This document shows, piece by piece, positions 28,701 through 38,668 of a stretch of 64,000 bases of DNA. Numbering within the stretch: position 1 is the first letter of the stretch; each line of letters starts with the position of its first letter. Location: positions 32,001 to 96,000 of the forward strand of contig OZ241889.1 in the NCBI GenBank assembly GCA_965203355.1. Direction: 5' to 3'. The notes beneath the pieces were generated by a model. The model ran no database searches, was not told the origin of the DNA, and was given only the letters and a program-made list of their open reading frames with translations. The DNA comes from Candidatus Latescibacterota bacterium (lineage in GTDB: Bacteria > Latescibacterota > UBA2968 > UBA8231). A program made the translations under genes and the position numbers.

Positions 28701-30155
28701 TTATCCTCCGATCTGACGGCAGAGGGCGAGGAGCGGGTCGGGATAGAGGAAGAGCAGCAGCCCGCCCAGTGCCGTGCAAACCAGCGGCAAGACGCAGGCC
28801 AATGGGGCTTCCTGTAGGCCGCTTTCTTCATCGGGCGCGGCATAGAAGAAAGCGTTGACGGCCACCGGCAACAGATACGCCATGTTGAGCAGCGAGCTTA
28901 GCACGAGTACGCCAATGGCCGCGTACTGCTCGGCCTCCAGTCCGGCGAGAATGAGGTACCACTTGCTCCAAGCACCGCCCAGCGGCGGCAAGCCGATGAT
29001 GCTCAGCGAGCCAACGAGAAAAGCCCCCATCGTCCACGGCATTTGCCGACCAATACCCTTCATCTCGCTGATCTCGGTTTTGTGCAGAGCAACCGCGATG
29101 GCTCCGGCGCAAAAGAAGAGCGTGATCTTGCCGAAGGCGTGCATGGCAATGTGCAAGCTGCCGCCGAGAATGCCCCAACTATTGGCTAGCGCCGCGCCGA
29201 GCACGATGTAGGCCAGTTGACTGACCGTGGAGTACGCCAAGCGCGCCTTGAGGTTGTCCTTGGTCATCGCCACCAGCGATCCAATGAGAATCGTCGCGCA
29301 GGCCGCGTAGGCCAAATAAGTGCCCAAGCCCGTGTCGGCGAGCAGGTCCATGCCGAAGATATAGACAACGACCTTGAGGATGGTGAAGACGCCAGCCTTG
29401 ACCACGGCGACTGCGTGCAGGAGGGCGCTGACCGGTGCCGGCGCGACCATGGCGGCGGGAAGCCAGCGGTGAAAGGGCATCAGCGCGGCCTTACCCGTGC
29501 CAAAGGCGTAGAGAAAAAGCAGGACGCCGAGGCCCCATGTCGGGGCCTTGCCAGCGAGGATCCCCCCCGGGACGAAGTCGAGGGTGCCGGTGAGATGATA
29601 GGTGGCGACCATCGCCAGCAGCAGGAAGCAGATCGACGTCGAAAGCAGCACGCCCATATAGACGCGGCCCCCGGCTTGGGCATCCGAATTGCGGTGGTGG
29701 GTGACCAGCGGATAGGTCGAAAGCGTCAGTGCCTCATAGCAAAAAAACAGCGTCAACATGTTGCCGGCGAAGGCCACGCCCAAGGCACTGGCGATCGCCA
29801 AGGCAAAAAAGGCGAAGAAGCGGGTCTGGTTTTGCTCGCGGTGCCTCCGCATGTAGCCGATGGAATACACCGAGGTCGCCGTCCACAGCCCAGCGGCGAT
29901 CAGCGCAAAGAGCGCGCCCAGCGGCTCGACGGCAAAGACTAGGGGCAGGCCCGGGAAAACCTCTACCAGATGCACCATGGGCCGGTCCCCGGCCGCGACT
30001 TGGGGCACTAAGGTGCAGACCACGGCAAAAGTGCCTAGCGCGGCGAGCAGGGTCGCGGCTTCGCGCAGATTGGGGCGACAGCCCAACAGGGCGATCAACG
30101 GCACAACGCCCAAAGGCAGGAGCACAGCCGCGACAATGGCCGTCGAAGCACTCAT
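28701..30155 (-). CDS. mrpD: Mrp antiporter subunit D family protein
   Basis: PFHRWLPAAMVAPAPVSALLHAVAVVKAG, RLAYSTVSQ. Confidence 0.88.
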   Translation of the reverse strand: MSASTAIVAAVLLPLGVVPLIALLGCRPNLREAATLLAALGTFAVVCTLVPQVAAGDRPMVHLVEVFPGLPLVFAVEPLGALFALIAAGLWTATSVYSIGYMRRHREQNQTRFFAFFALAIASALGVAFAGNMLTLFFCYEALTLSTYPLVTHHRNSDAQAGGRVYMGVLLSTSICFLLLAMVATYHLTGTLDFVPGGILAGKAPTWGLGVLLFLYAFGTGKAALMPFHRWLPAAMVAPAPVSALLHAVAVVKAGVFTILKVVVYIFGMDLLADTGLGTYLAYAACATILIGSLVAMTKDNLKARLAYSTVSQLAYIVLGAALANSWGILGGSLHIAMHAFGKITLFFCAGAIAVALHKTEISEMKGIGRQMPWTMGAFLVGSLSIIGLPPLGGAWSKWYLILAGLEAEQYAAIGVLVLSSLLNMAYLLPVAVNAFFYAAPDEESGLQEAPLACVLPLVCTALGGLLLFLYPDPLLALCRQIGG

Positions 30156-31633
30156 GGCGTAGCGCCCAAGAGCCAGTGTGCGGCCTGGCGGGCGACCCCG
30201 GCCGTCAACGAGGTCTGCACCCCAAAACCGAGGGTAAGCGCGATGAGCAGCCAGGCCGGGATCTGCATCGAGAGCGGGGCTTCGGCCACCGGCTCGGCCC
30301 CTTCGGGCACTGGCCGGAAATAGGCGATCTCGACAAAGCGCCCAATATAGACCAGTGCCAGCAGCGAGCTGAGCACCACCAGCGCGGCCACCGGCCACCA
30401 CCCGTGCTCCAGCGCGCCCAAGATCAAGTACCACTTGCTGACAAAGCCCACGGTAAACGGCACGCCAACCAGCCCCAAGCCAGCGAGGACAAAGGCGCAC
30501 GAAGTCAGCGGCAGGCGCTGGCCCAACCCACTGAGGTCGGCCAGTTGCAGGGAGTGGATGCGGAAGAAGATGCTGCCAGCGGCCAAAAACAGGGCCGCCT
30601 TCATCAGCGCGTGATTGAACAGGTGGACGATACCGGCTGTCAGCCCAGTAGCCGATCCCAAGCTAATGCCGAGCATCACATAGCCGATCTGCGCCACGCT
30701 CGAATAGGCCAACAGCCGCTTGAGATTGGTCTGGTAGATGGCCACGGCCGAGGCGATGAAAATGCCCAAGAGCACCAGCGGTAACAGCAGGACATCGAGG
30801 TGCATAGTCCCCAAGGCAAAGTCCACGCCAAAAATCGTGAAGACAAAGCGCAAAAAGGCGTAGGCTGCAACTTTGGTCGCCGTGGCCGAAATGAAGGCCG
30901 TAACAGCCGAAGGCGCGTACGTGTACGCGTTGGGCAACCAGATGTGCAGCGGAAAAAGCGCCATCTTGAGCGTAAAGCCAACGCTTATAAAGGCAAAGGC
31001 CACGTGGATGGTGCGGGTGTCGGCAACGGCTTTGATGCGCCCGGCGAGATCAGCCATGTTGAGCGTACCCGTCATCGCGTACATCAGGCCGATGCCGATC
31101 AGGATAAAGGTCGCGCCGATCGTGCCCAAGATCAGGTAGTTATACGTCGCCATAAGGGCGCGGCGGTCCCGGCCAAGACTAATCAACCCATACGCCGAAA
31201 GCGACGAGATCTCCATAAACACGAAGACATTAAAGGCGTCGCCGGTAATGGCAATGCCCAGCAGGCCAGCGAGACAAAGCAGAAAGATCGCGCAGAAATA
31301 CGGGCGGCGCTCGGCTTCGATTTCGCGTGTAGTACTCGCCGGTGCGTAGCTCAGGACCACGGCGCCGATTAGCGCCACTAGGAGGATCAAATACGCATTG
31401 AGGGCATCGACCCGAAACTCAATGCCCCACGGTGCGCTCCAGCCGCCCATAGCATAGGAGATGGGGCCGGCCGAGAGGACTTGCTGCAACAGCAGCGCGG
31501 CCAGCCCCAGCGTACCCCAGCCGACGGCCACGACAAACGGCCATAGCAACTGCCGCGGACGCAGCAATAGGCAGAGCGGCGCAGCGACCAGCGGCAAGAC
31601 GATCTGCAAGGCGGGTAAATGGCCGGCGATCAC
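30152..31633 (-). CDS. mrpD: Mrp antiporter subunit D
   Basis: DAFNVFVFMEISSL, PLHIWLPNAY, KRLLAYSSVAQ; GTG start overlapping mrpC. Confidence 0.9.
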   Translation of the reverse strand: MIAGHLPALQIVLPLVAAPLCLLLRPRQLLWPFVVAVGWGTLGLAALLLQQVLSAGPISYAMGGWSAPWGIEFRVDALNAYLILLVALIGAVVLSYAPASTTREIEAERRPYFCAIFLLCLAGLLGIAITGDAFNVFVFMEISSLSAYGLISLGRDRRALMATYNYLILGTIGATFILIGIGLMYAMTGTLNMADLAGRIKAVADTRTIHVAFAFISVGFTLKMALFPLHIWLPNAYTYAPSAVTAFISATATKVAAYAFLRFVFTIFGVDFALGTMHLDVLLLPLVLLGIFIASAVAIYQTNLKRLLAYSSVAQIGYVMLGISLGSATGLTAGIVHLFNHALMKAALFLAAGSIFFRIHSLQLADLSGLGQRLPLTSCAFVLAGLGLVGVPFTVGFVSKWYLILGALEHGWWPVAALVVLSSLLALVYIGRFVEIAYFRPVPEGAEPVAEAPLSMQIPAWLLIALTLGFGVQTSLTAGVARQAAHWLLGATP

Positions 31634-31986
31634 GAACCCTCTTCCCGGCGTTGGATTTCGTCTTCTTCGATGGTCCCGTAGGCCGCGCGAATGCGCACCA
31701 CTAGCGCCAATCCCACCGCGGTGGTAGCAATGCCGACGACAATGGCGGTGAGGATGAGGACGTGGGGCAGGGGGTTGGAGTACGCGGTCGCGCCTTCGAC
31801 GAGAATGGGGGCGGTGCCGCCCTCGACTTTGCTCAGGCTGATGTAGAGCAAAAAAACCGAAGTCTGGAAGATATTGAGGCCGACCAGCTTGCGGATCAGA
31901 TTGCCGCGGGCAATGACGTTGTAGAAGCCGGCCATCATCAGGAAAATGACGATCCAGTAGCTGTACAGGCCCAAGAACGAACTCAT
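31630..31986 (-). CDS. mrpC: Mrp antiporter subunit C
   Basis: NPLPHVLILTAIVVG. Confidence 0.92.
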   Translation of the reverse strand: MSSFLGLYSYWIVIFLMMAGFYNVIARGNLIRKLVGLNIFQTSVFLLYISLSKVEGGTAPILVEGATAYSNPLPHVLILTAIVVGIATTAVGLALVVRIRAAYGTIEEDEIQRREEGS

Positions 31987-32957
31987 GGCCGCTCTCGGCT
32001 GGCAAAGTGGCAGAAGATGCTGATTACGACCGCGGCCACGGTAACGCCAACCCCTAGCTCAATCAGCAAAATGCCGTAGTGCTCGCCGCGGGTGGGCTCG
32101 CTGGCCAGCACCTTGTATTCGAGGAAATTGCCCCCAGCCAACAGACAGGCCAAGCCCGTGCCGATGTAGAGGAGAAGCCCCAAGGCGAAAAAGACTTGGA
32201 CGCCGCCCGGTGGAGCCACCCGGCGCATCGCCTCGACCCCGTAGATCAGGGCGTAGAGGATGAAGGCCGAGGCAAAAATCACCCCCGCCTGAAAACCACC
32301 ACCGGGCCCAAAATCGCCGTGGAACTGCACGTACAGCCCAAAGAGCAAAATCAGCGGGATGAAGAGCTTGGAGACGACGCGGAGAATCCTCGCGTGCTGC
32401 ATGGACTCGCTGTCGTCGGCTTCCGGCGCGGGACGACCGCCGGACAAGAGCAAGAGCACCGCTATCCCAGCGGTAAAAACCACCGTCACCTCGCCCAAGG
32501 TATCGTATCCTCGGTAGCTAGCCAACACCGAGGTGACCATGTTGGGAATGCCGATTTCCTCGGGCGACTCGGCGATGTAGCGCGGGGCCACGTGTTGGTG
32601 GATCGGAGCGTTGGGGTCGCCCAAGCGCGGCATATCCAGCGTGCCATAGACGAGCGTACCGCCGGTCAGGAAGCAGACGCCGAGGCCGCTCCAAGAGTGT
32701 TGGTTTTGGGTCTTTTTTTTTGGACCGGTCAAGGCAAGCGCGGCCAAGAAGAGGACCGTCGCCAAGCCAGCGCCTACCGCCGCTTCGGTGAAAGCCACAT
32801 CAACGGCGTCGAGCGAGGTAAAAATACACGCCGAAAGCAGGCTGAAGATACCAGTGAGAACCACGGCGGCAAACAAGGCCCGCACCTGAATAATGGCCGC
32901 GGCGATGATGGCGAGAAACGTCATCAACACGACATCGATGTCAATTAGCTCCGTCAC
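31983..32957 (-). CDS. mrpB: Mrp antiporter subunit B (DUF4040-MnhB fusion)
   Basis: DVAFTEAAVGAG, YRGYDTLGE, GPGGGFQAG. Confidence 0.9.
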   Translation of the reverse strand: MTELIDIDVVLMTFLAIIAAAIIQVRALFAAVVLTGIFSLLSACIFTSLDAVDVAFTEAAVGAGLATVLFLAALALTGPKKKTQNQHSWSGLGVCFLTGGTLVYGTLDMPRLGDPNAPIHQHVAPRYIAESPEEIGIPNMVTSVLASYRGYDTLGEVTVVFTAGIAVLLLLSGGRPAPEADDSESMQHARILRVVSKLFIPLILLFGLYVQFHGDFGPGGGFQAGVIFASAFILYALIYGVEAMRRVAPPGGVQVFFALGLLLYIGTGLACLLAGGNFLEYKVLASEPTRGEHYGILLIELGVGVTVAAVVISIFCHFASRERP

Positions 32958-33268
32958 GATTCCTCCCCCGTGCCTTGGGGCGCAAGTCCACTGTGCCGCG
33001 CCGCGCGGGCAATGGCGTGACTGGCAACCGAACTAGTCAGCAGCAAGAACAATCCGATCATGGCCAGCTTGACGGTCGCCAGCGACAGACCGCTCTGAAG
33101 CATAAGCCCCAAGAGGACCAAGCCAGCACCCAACGTATCGGTAACGCCGCCGCCGTGTATGCGGCTGTAAAAGTCGGGCAACCGCAGAAGCCCCACGCCG
33201 CCGACAAAGCAAAAGCCAGCCCCCAACAGCAGACAGATCCAGCTAGCGTAGTAGAGCAGAGCTTCCAT
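32954..33268 (-). CDS. mrpG: Mrp antiporter subunit G
   Basis: GLLRLPDFYSRIH, SHAIARAA. Confidence 0.92.
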   Translation of the reverse strand: MEALLYYASWICLLLGAGFCFVGGVGLLRLPDFYSRIHGGGVTDTLGAGLVLLGLMLQSGLSLATVKLAMIGLFLLLTSSVASHAIARAARHSGLAPQGTGEES

Positions 33269-33534
33269 CAGGCTTGGGCCTCCTCCTCGCCAACGGTCGA
33301 AACGTATTTGAGGATGGCGATGGTGCCGATGAAATTGATTAGCGCATAGACCAGCGCCAAGTCGAGAAAGTCGGGCCGGCCAGTCAAAAAGCCAATGACC
33401 GACAACAGCAATACGGTCTTGGTGCCAAACATATTGACGGCGAGTACGCGGTCGTACACGGTGGGTCCCTTCAGGGCGCGGACCAAGGCCAGCAGCATGG
33501 TGGCCAGCACCCCTATCATCGCAGCGACAAACAC
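33268..33534 (-). CDS. mrpF: Mrp antiporter subunit F
   Basis: GPTVYDRVLA, DLALVYALINFIGTIA. Confidence 0.92.
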   Translation of the reverse strand: MFVAAMIGVLATMLLALVRALKGPTVYDRVLAVNMFGTKTVLLLSVIGFLTGRPDFLDLALVYALINFIGTIAILKYVSTVGEEEAQA

Positions 33535-34046
33535 TAGACCTTTCCCTCCAAGTCGGTTACGCGGGCGTCCAAGGCCCCTGAGCGCACGGCCTCGGCCGCT
33601 TCGCGGGTCAGGGCGTGGACCTCAATGGAGCCTTCGTCGGTCTCAACCGAGACCGTGCCCGGCGTCAGCGTGATGGAGTTCGCGTAAATGACTTGTCCCA
33701 AGTGCGTCTTCTGACTTGCCTTGACCCGGATTAAGCGGGGCGACAGCGGCAGCCGAGGATGCACGATCCGCCGCACCACGTCGATGTTGGATTTGACTAT
33801 GGCCCACAAAAACCAAGGCACATAGCGCAGTAAGCCGGGGATTAGGTGGATGGGATGCCCTTCGGGATCGACGATCTTCATGCGGCGGCAAACAGCGACG
33901 ACCACTAGGCACGACAGCACGCCCAAGCCCAAAAGCATACCCGTGTAAATGCCCGACAAAAGGAGCCAGAGCAAAAACAGCAGGCCGAAAAAACTGAGCG
34001 TTCTGTGCAGCGCGTTTGGCAAAGTGAGCCTCGATTCTCCTAACAA
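33534..34046 (-). CDS. mrpE: Mrp antiporter subunit E
   Basis: ANSITLTPGT, LWLLLSG. Confidence 0.92.
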   Translation of the reverse strand: MLGESRLTLPNALHRTLSFFGLLFLLWLLLSGIYTGMLLGLGVLSCLVVVAVCRRMKIVDPEGHPIHLIPGLLRYVPWFLWAIVKSNIDVVRRIVHPRLPLSPRLIRVKASQKTHLGQVIYANSITLTPGTVSVETDEGSIEVHALTREAAEAVRSGALDARVTDLEGKV

Positions 34047-34333
34047 TCAACAGCATAATTTCCGCAATCGCCGGTGTGAATGCAAGAAATGGCCGAGGCT
34101 CGCACGTTTTCTAACGGCCAGCCATTAGCGGTTCCCCGCGCCGGAACTCACATTATTTTTTGGTTACAGCACAAAAAAGGCGGGCCGCCGGTTTCAGACG
34201 AAAGTTCATCGTCTTTACCAAGGCATGGCCCCACGGCCCGCTGGTCAATACTTCCGATCGCCCGCGCCGAACCCTATATTATGGCTCGCTTACGATCAAC
34301 AGCGCACAGTACTCAGGCTAAAACGACGGAGAA

Positions 34334-35215
34334 ATGGCCATGCTGACCCCAGAACAAATCGCCAGCTACCACGAGAAAGGCTACCTCGGCGTCGAGGGCG
34401 TGTTGGCCCCCGAAGAAGTAGCGGCCCTGCGGCAGACCACCGATGAGTTCGTCGAGCAGTCGCGGGCCGCAACCGAAAGCGACGCCGTATTCGACTTAGA
34501 GCCCGGGCACGCGGCTAACCGCCCCAAGCTGCGGCGGCTCAAAAGCCCGGTTGCCCAGCACGAGACCTACCGCCGCACCCTGTACCACGAGCGCATTCTG
34601 GACATCGTCGGCCAGCTAATCGGCCCGCGCATCCGCACCAACGGCGACAAGCTCAACATGAAATCCGGCGCGTTCGGCAGCCCCGTCGAGTGGCATCAGG
34701 ACTGGGCCTTTTATCCGCACACCAACGACGATCTGCTCGCCGTGGGCGTGTGCATCGACGACATGAACGAGGCCAACGGCTGCTTGCTGGTCATCCCCGG
34801 GTCGCACAAGGGACCGATCTACAACCACCATCTCGATGGCTATTTCGCTGGCGCCGTAACGGCGGCGGATTTCGACGATTCCGCGGCCGAAAAGGTCGAG
34901 CTAAAAGCCGGCGGCATCTCCATCCATCACGTCCGCGCCCTGCACGGCTCCCTGCCCAACACCTCGCCCTATCCGCGGCGGCTCTTGCTGTTGCAGTATT
35001 GCGCTGGCGACGCTTGGCCCTTAGTGCCAGCCACCGATTGGGAGAGCTATGGTCGGACCTTTGTGCGCGGCGAGCCGAGCCGCCACATCCGCGTTGCCGA
35101 CGTGCCCGTGAGCATGCCGCTGCCCGGCGCCAAAGTCGGCGGCTCCATCTACGCTACCCAAACCGTACTGCGCCACTCGACCTTCGGATCGGTGAAAGCC
35201 GCGCAGCCCGTCTAG
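34334..35215 (+). CDS. Phytanoyl-CoA dioxygenase (PhyH) family protein
   Basis: WHQD, NGCLLVIPGSH, HGSLPN. Confidence 0.92.
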   Translation: MAMLTPEQIASYHEKGYLGVEGVLAPEEVAALRQTTDEFVEQSRAATESDAVFDLEPGHAANRPKLRRLKSPVAQHETYRRTLYHERILDIVGQLIGPRIRTNGDKLNMKSGAFGSPVEWHQDWAFYPHTNDDLLAVGVCIDDMNEANGCLLVIPGSHKGPIYNHHLDGYFAGAVTAADFDDSAAEKVELKAGGISIHHVRALHGSLPNTSPYPRRLLLLQYCAGDAWPLVPATDWESYGRTFVRGEPSRHIRVADVPVSMPLPGAKVGGSIYATQTVLRHSTFGSVKAAQPV

Positions 35216-35245
35216 CCAGTGGCCAGTGGGCAGTGGCCAGTGGGC
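35215..35245. repeat. Heptamer tandem repeat (GCCAGTG) x about 4
   Basis: gccagtg gccagtg ggcagtg gccagtg directly at the PhyH stop. Confidence 0.85.
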
Positions 35246-35259
35246 GATTCTTCGTCTTA

Positions 35260-35384
35260 GAAGCGTTTTTAAGATTCAAAAAAAGAACCTAGTAGCAATG
35301 GCGTCTCGCCTGCGGAAAACGCCCGCCCTAAGAGCCGCTCGACGGCCCGTTGAAATAGTCCGGCGAGAAATTTAAAAAGGCTTC
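35260..35384. mobile_element. Putative MITE with terminal inverted repeats
   Basis: GAAGCGTTTTTAA...TTAAAAAGGCTTC, flanked by TTA/TGA; internal CTCGCCTGCGGAAAAC shared with the element at 51914. Confidence 0.55.
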
Positions 35385-35415
35385 TGAGCGGACTGTTATC
35401 ACCAAGAAAATACCC

Positions 35416-36339
35416 ATGAACCTGCAACACCTGCGCTACTTTCTCGCGGTGGCGCGCACGGGCGGCTTTACCCAAGCGGCGCACCAGATGAACGTGACCC
35501 AGCCGACCGTTTCCAGCGCGGTTCTGGAGCTGGAAAAGAGCATGGGAGTCCAGCTCTTCAACCGCGACAATCGGCACGTGGCTCTGACGACCGAGGGCCG
35601 GCTATTGCTGAGCTATGCCGTCCAAGTCGAGGACTTGCTAGAGGAAGCCAGCGAACGGCTACAGCGAAGCGACCTAGCGCCCGGGGGCGGCTTTCAGTTT
35701 GGGGCGGTAGATGCGGCCGTCATCTATCTCCTACCGGAAATCCTCAAAGAGTACATGGGCCGCTATCGAGGCGTCGCGCTCAAGACCCAAGTCGCGCCCT
35801 CGCGTTACCTCATCGACGACCTGCTGATGCAGCGCGCAGAATTCGCGCTGATCCACTTGCCCTACACCCATCCCAAAATCGACGCCGTGCCGATCTACCG
35901 CGACGACATGCCCTTGGTCGTCGGGCCAGCGCATCGCTTCGCCCGCTGCGAGTCGGTCGCCCTCGCCGAAGTAGTGGAAGAGCCGCTGATCCTCTTTCAC
36001 GCCGACTCGGTTTCGCGCAAGGGGATCGACGAAAAGCTCGCCGAAGCCGGCCTAGTGCCGGGCGCGGTGATGGAAATGCGCAGCCCAGAGGCCATGCGCA
36101 AGTTGGTCGAGGCCGGCGTGGGCATCTCGTTTTTGCCGCAGCTAACCATCCGCGAATCGCTGGCCAGCGGCGTGCTCAAAACAGTAGCCGTGCGCGGCGT
36201 CGCCCTCGAGCGCGAAATCGGCGTGGCGTGGCGGCGAGGTCGCTACTTTGGCCAAGCGGTGCGGCTGTTACTCGAAGCCGTATTTGCCGCCTACGGCGGA
36301 CGAGACGAGTGGCTGCAAAAGATCGCGCCAAAAAGCTGA
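35416..36339 (+). CDS. LysR family transcriptional regulator
   Basis: LRYFLAVA, FTQAAHQMNVTQPTVS HTH, LVEAGVGISFLP. Confidence 0.95.
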   Translation: MNLQHLRYFLAVARTGGFTQAAHQMNVTQPTVSSAVLELEKSMGVQLFNRDNRHVALTTEGRLLLSYAVQVEDLLEEASERLQRSDLAPGGGFQFGAVDAAVIYLLPEILKEYMGRYRGVALKTQVAPSRYLIDDLLMQRAEFALIHLPYTHPKIDAVPIYRDDMPLVVGPAHRFARCESVALAEVVEEPLILFHADSVSRKGIDEKLAEAGLVPGAVMEMRSPEAMRKLVEAGVGISFLPQLTIRESLASGVLKTVAVRGVALEREIGVAWRRGRYFGQAVRLLLEAVFAAYGGRDEWLQKIAPKS

Positions 36340-36422
36340 GACCCCGGCGATATTGCCACGATTCGCAGCAGCGGCGTTCTTATTTTTCATTCATTTTTGA
36401 CCCAAAACCGAGAGCGAGCATT

Positions 36423-37784
36423 ATGATTGATCCAAAGGCCGTGCGCGCCAATCCAGACGCCATGCGCGAGGCCATACGGGTGCGCCAGGTCGACCCGGCC
36501 AAAGCCAATGTGGATCGCTGGTTGGCCCTCGACGCCGCGCGGCACAAACTGCAACGGGACATCGACGCGCTCAACAGCGAGAAAAAGCAACTCGCCCAGC
36601 TTGGCCGCACCGACCCGGACGCCGCGCGGCAAAAGGGACGCCAGTTGCGCGAACGCGGGCGGGTGCTAGCGCACGAATTGGGCACCATCGCCGCCGAGTG
36701 GCAGCAAATAGCGGATTGGTTCCCCAACTGGCCGCATCCCGACATGCCGGCCGGAGCGAGCGAGGCCGACAACGTCGAGGAACGCGCCTGGATCCCCGGG
36801 CAAGGCTACCTAGCGGCGGATAAGCTAGGGCGCGGGAACACCTGCGCCCGGTACATGCCCAAGCGTCCTCTCCACACCCAAGACGACTCCTTTGAGCCGC
36901 TGCATCACGCCGACCTCGGCGTCCAGTTAGGCGGCATCGACACCTTGCAAGGCGGCCAAGTTTCCGGCTCGCGCTTTGCCTATTTGCGCGGCGATGTCGC
37001 GCGGATGCAGTACGCCCTCAGCCAGTTGCTCATGGACGAGCTTTTGGCGCGTGGGTACGAGATGTTCGTGCCGCCGCTTTTGGTGCGGGAACGCTCGCTG
37101 TACGGCACCTCGCATTTCCCCGAAGGCCGCGACCAAGTCTATGCCATCAAGACCGACAACGTGGAAGAAGGAGCCGAACTCTTTCTCGTCGGATCGTCCG
37201 AGCCGACTAACTTCAGCTACTTCATGGACCGGACCTTGGACGCAGCCGAGCTGCCCATCAAGCTCTTCGCCTACACGGCCTGCTTTCGCTCGGAAGCCGG
37301 GTCGTGGGGCCAAGATGTCAAGGGTATCAAGCGCATGCACCAATTCGACAAAATCGAAATGAACGCCGTGTGCCTGCCCGATCAGTCCGAAGCCCTGTAC
37401 GAGGAATTTGGCCAAATCAACGAATGGCTCCTGCAAGAACTCGCACTGCCCTACCGGGTCATCGATAAGTGCCACGGCGACGCCGGCTATCTAGCCAGCC
37501 ATCGGCAGCGGGACCTGGAGGTGTGGATGGCTGGGACGGGCGAGTTCATGGAGGTAATGACCGACACCAACGCCACCGACTATCAGGCCCGGCGCTTGAA
37601 CATCCGCTACAAGGGCGCGAGCGGGCGGGGTTTTTGCCATCTGGTCAACGACACAGGTTGCGCGATGGGCCGGCTGTTGATCGCCATTCTGGACAACTAT
37701 CAGCAACCCGACGGCGCAGTACAGGTTCCCGCCGCTTTGCAACGAGTCATGCAGAAAAGCGTCCTGCAGCCGAAAGGCGCGTGA
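36423..37784 (+). CDS. serS: Serine--tRNA ligase
   Basis: N-terminal coiled coil, SGSRF, CFRSEAG, HQFDKIE, DYQARRLNIRY. Confidence 0.95.
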   Translation: MIDPKAVRANPDAMREAIRVRQVDPAKANVDRWLALDAARHKLQRDIDALNSEKKQLAQLGRTDPDAARQKGRQLRERGRVLAHELGTIAAEWQQIADWFPNWPHPDMPAGASEADNVEERAWIPGQGYLAADKLGRGNTCARYMPKRPLHTQDDSFEPLHHADLGVQLGGIDTLQGGQVSGSRFAYLRGDVARMQYALSQLLMDELLARGYEMFVPPLLVRERSLYGTSHFPEGRDQVYAIKTDNVEEGAELFLVGSSEPTNFSYFMDRTLDAAELPIKLFAYTACFRSEAGSWGQDVKGIKRMHQFDKIEMNAVCLPDQSEALYEEFGQINEWLLQELALPYRVIDKCHGDAGYLASHRQRDLEVWMAGTGEFMEVMTDTNATDYQARRLNIRYKGASGRGFCHLVNDTGCAMGRLLIAILDNYQQPDGAVQVPAALQRVMQKSVLQPKGA

Positions 37785-38668
37785 TGGGCAAGCGACTCGA
37801 TGGCCGGGCGATTGCGGCCCAAGTACAAGAGGAATTGCTGGTGGACATCGCACGTCTGAAGCAGGAGCGCGATCTGGTGCCGGGCTTGGCGGTCGTGCTG
37901 GTGGGGGACGACCCCGCCTCCCAGTCCTACGTGCGCGCCAAGGGCCGAGCCTGCAAAGCCCTCGGCATCCACTCCGTGCAAATCGATCTACCGGCCAGCG
38001 CCCCCACCGCGGACGTGTTAGCCGCTGTCGAGCGGCTCAACGCCGACGCCGCGATCCACGGCATCTTAATACAGCTACCGCTGCCGGGCCAAGACGAGCA
38101 ACAAGTCCTCAACGCCATTGACCCGAACAAAGATGTCGATGGCCTGCATCCGGTCAATTTGGGTCGCCTCGTGCGGCAGGAGGAGTGCTTTTGGCCCTGT
38201 ACGCCGCACGGGGTCTTGCAGATTCTCAGCCGCAGCGGGATCGAGGTAGCAGGTCGGCACGTGGTCGTGGTTGGCCGCAGCACGCTCGTGGGGCGACCCG
38301 TAGCCATTTTGCTGGGGCACAAAGCGGCCGGAGCCAATGCCACGGTGACCCTGTGCCACACCGGTACGCGCGACCTCGGGCACTTTACGCGCCAAGCCGA
38401 CATCTTAGTAGTGGCGGCTGGATTTCCCCGTGGCATCACGGCGGACATGGTCAAAGAGGGGGCGGTGGTAATCGACGTGGGCATCAACCAAGTGGACGAC
38501 CCCTCGCGCGAACTCGGCTGGCGGCTCGTCGGCGACGTGGACTACCAACAAGTGCGCCCCAAAGCCCGGGCAATCACGCCCGTGCCCAACGGCGTCGGGC
38601 CGATGACGATCGCGCTGTTGCTCTACAACACCGTGTGGGCGGCCAAGCGGCAGGGGGAAATGGCCTAA
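37784..38668 (+). CDS. folD: Bifunctional methylenetetrahydrofolate dehydrogenase/cyclohydrolase
   Basis: PGLAVVLVGDDPAS, KDVDGLHP, PCTP, TPVPNGVGPMT. Confidence 0.97.
   Translation: MGKRLDGRAIAAQVQEELLVDIARLKQERDLVPGLAVVLVGDDPASQSYVRAKGRACKALGIHSVQIDLPASAPTADVLAAVERLNADAAIHGILIQLPLPGQDEQQVLNAIDPNKDVDGLHPVNLGRLVRQEECFWPCTPHGVLQILSRSGIEVAGRHVVVVGRSTLVGRPVAILLGHKAAGANATVTLCHTGTRDLGHFTRQADILVVAAGFPRGITADMVKEGAVVIDVGINQVDDPSRELGWRLVGDVDYQQVRPKARAITPVPNGVGPMTIALLLYNTVWAAKRQGEMA

Noticed and set aside
26860-28716. 618-aa plus-strand ORF and similar long antisense ORFs
   Set aside because: Shadow frames opposite well-supported genes in GC-rich DNA
36780-36900. Apparent insertion in SerRS after the coiled coil
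   Set aside because: Falls in a variable linker with no intein or domain motifs; cannot be judged without an alignment
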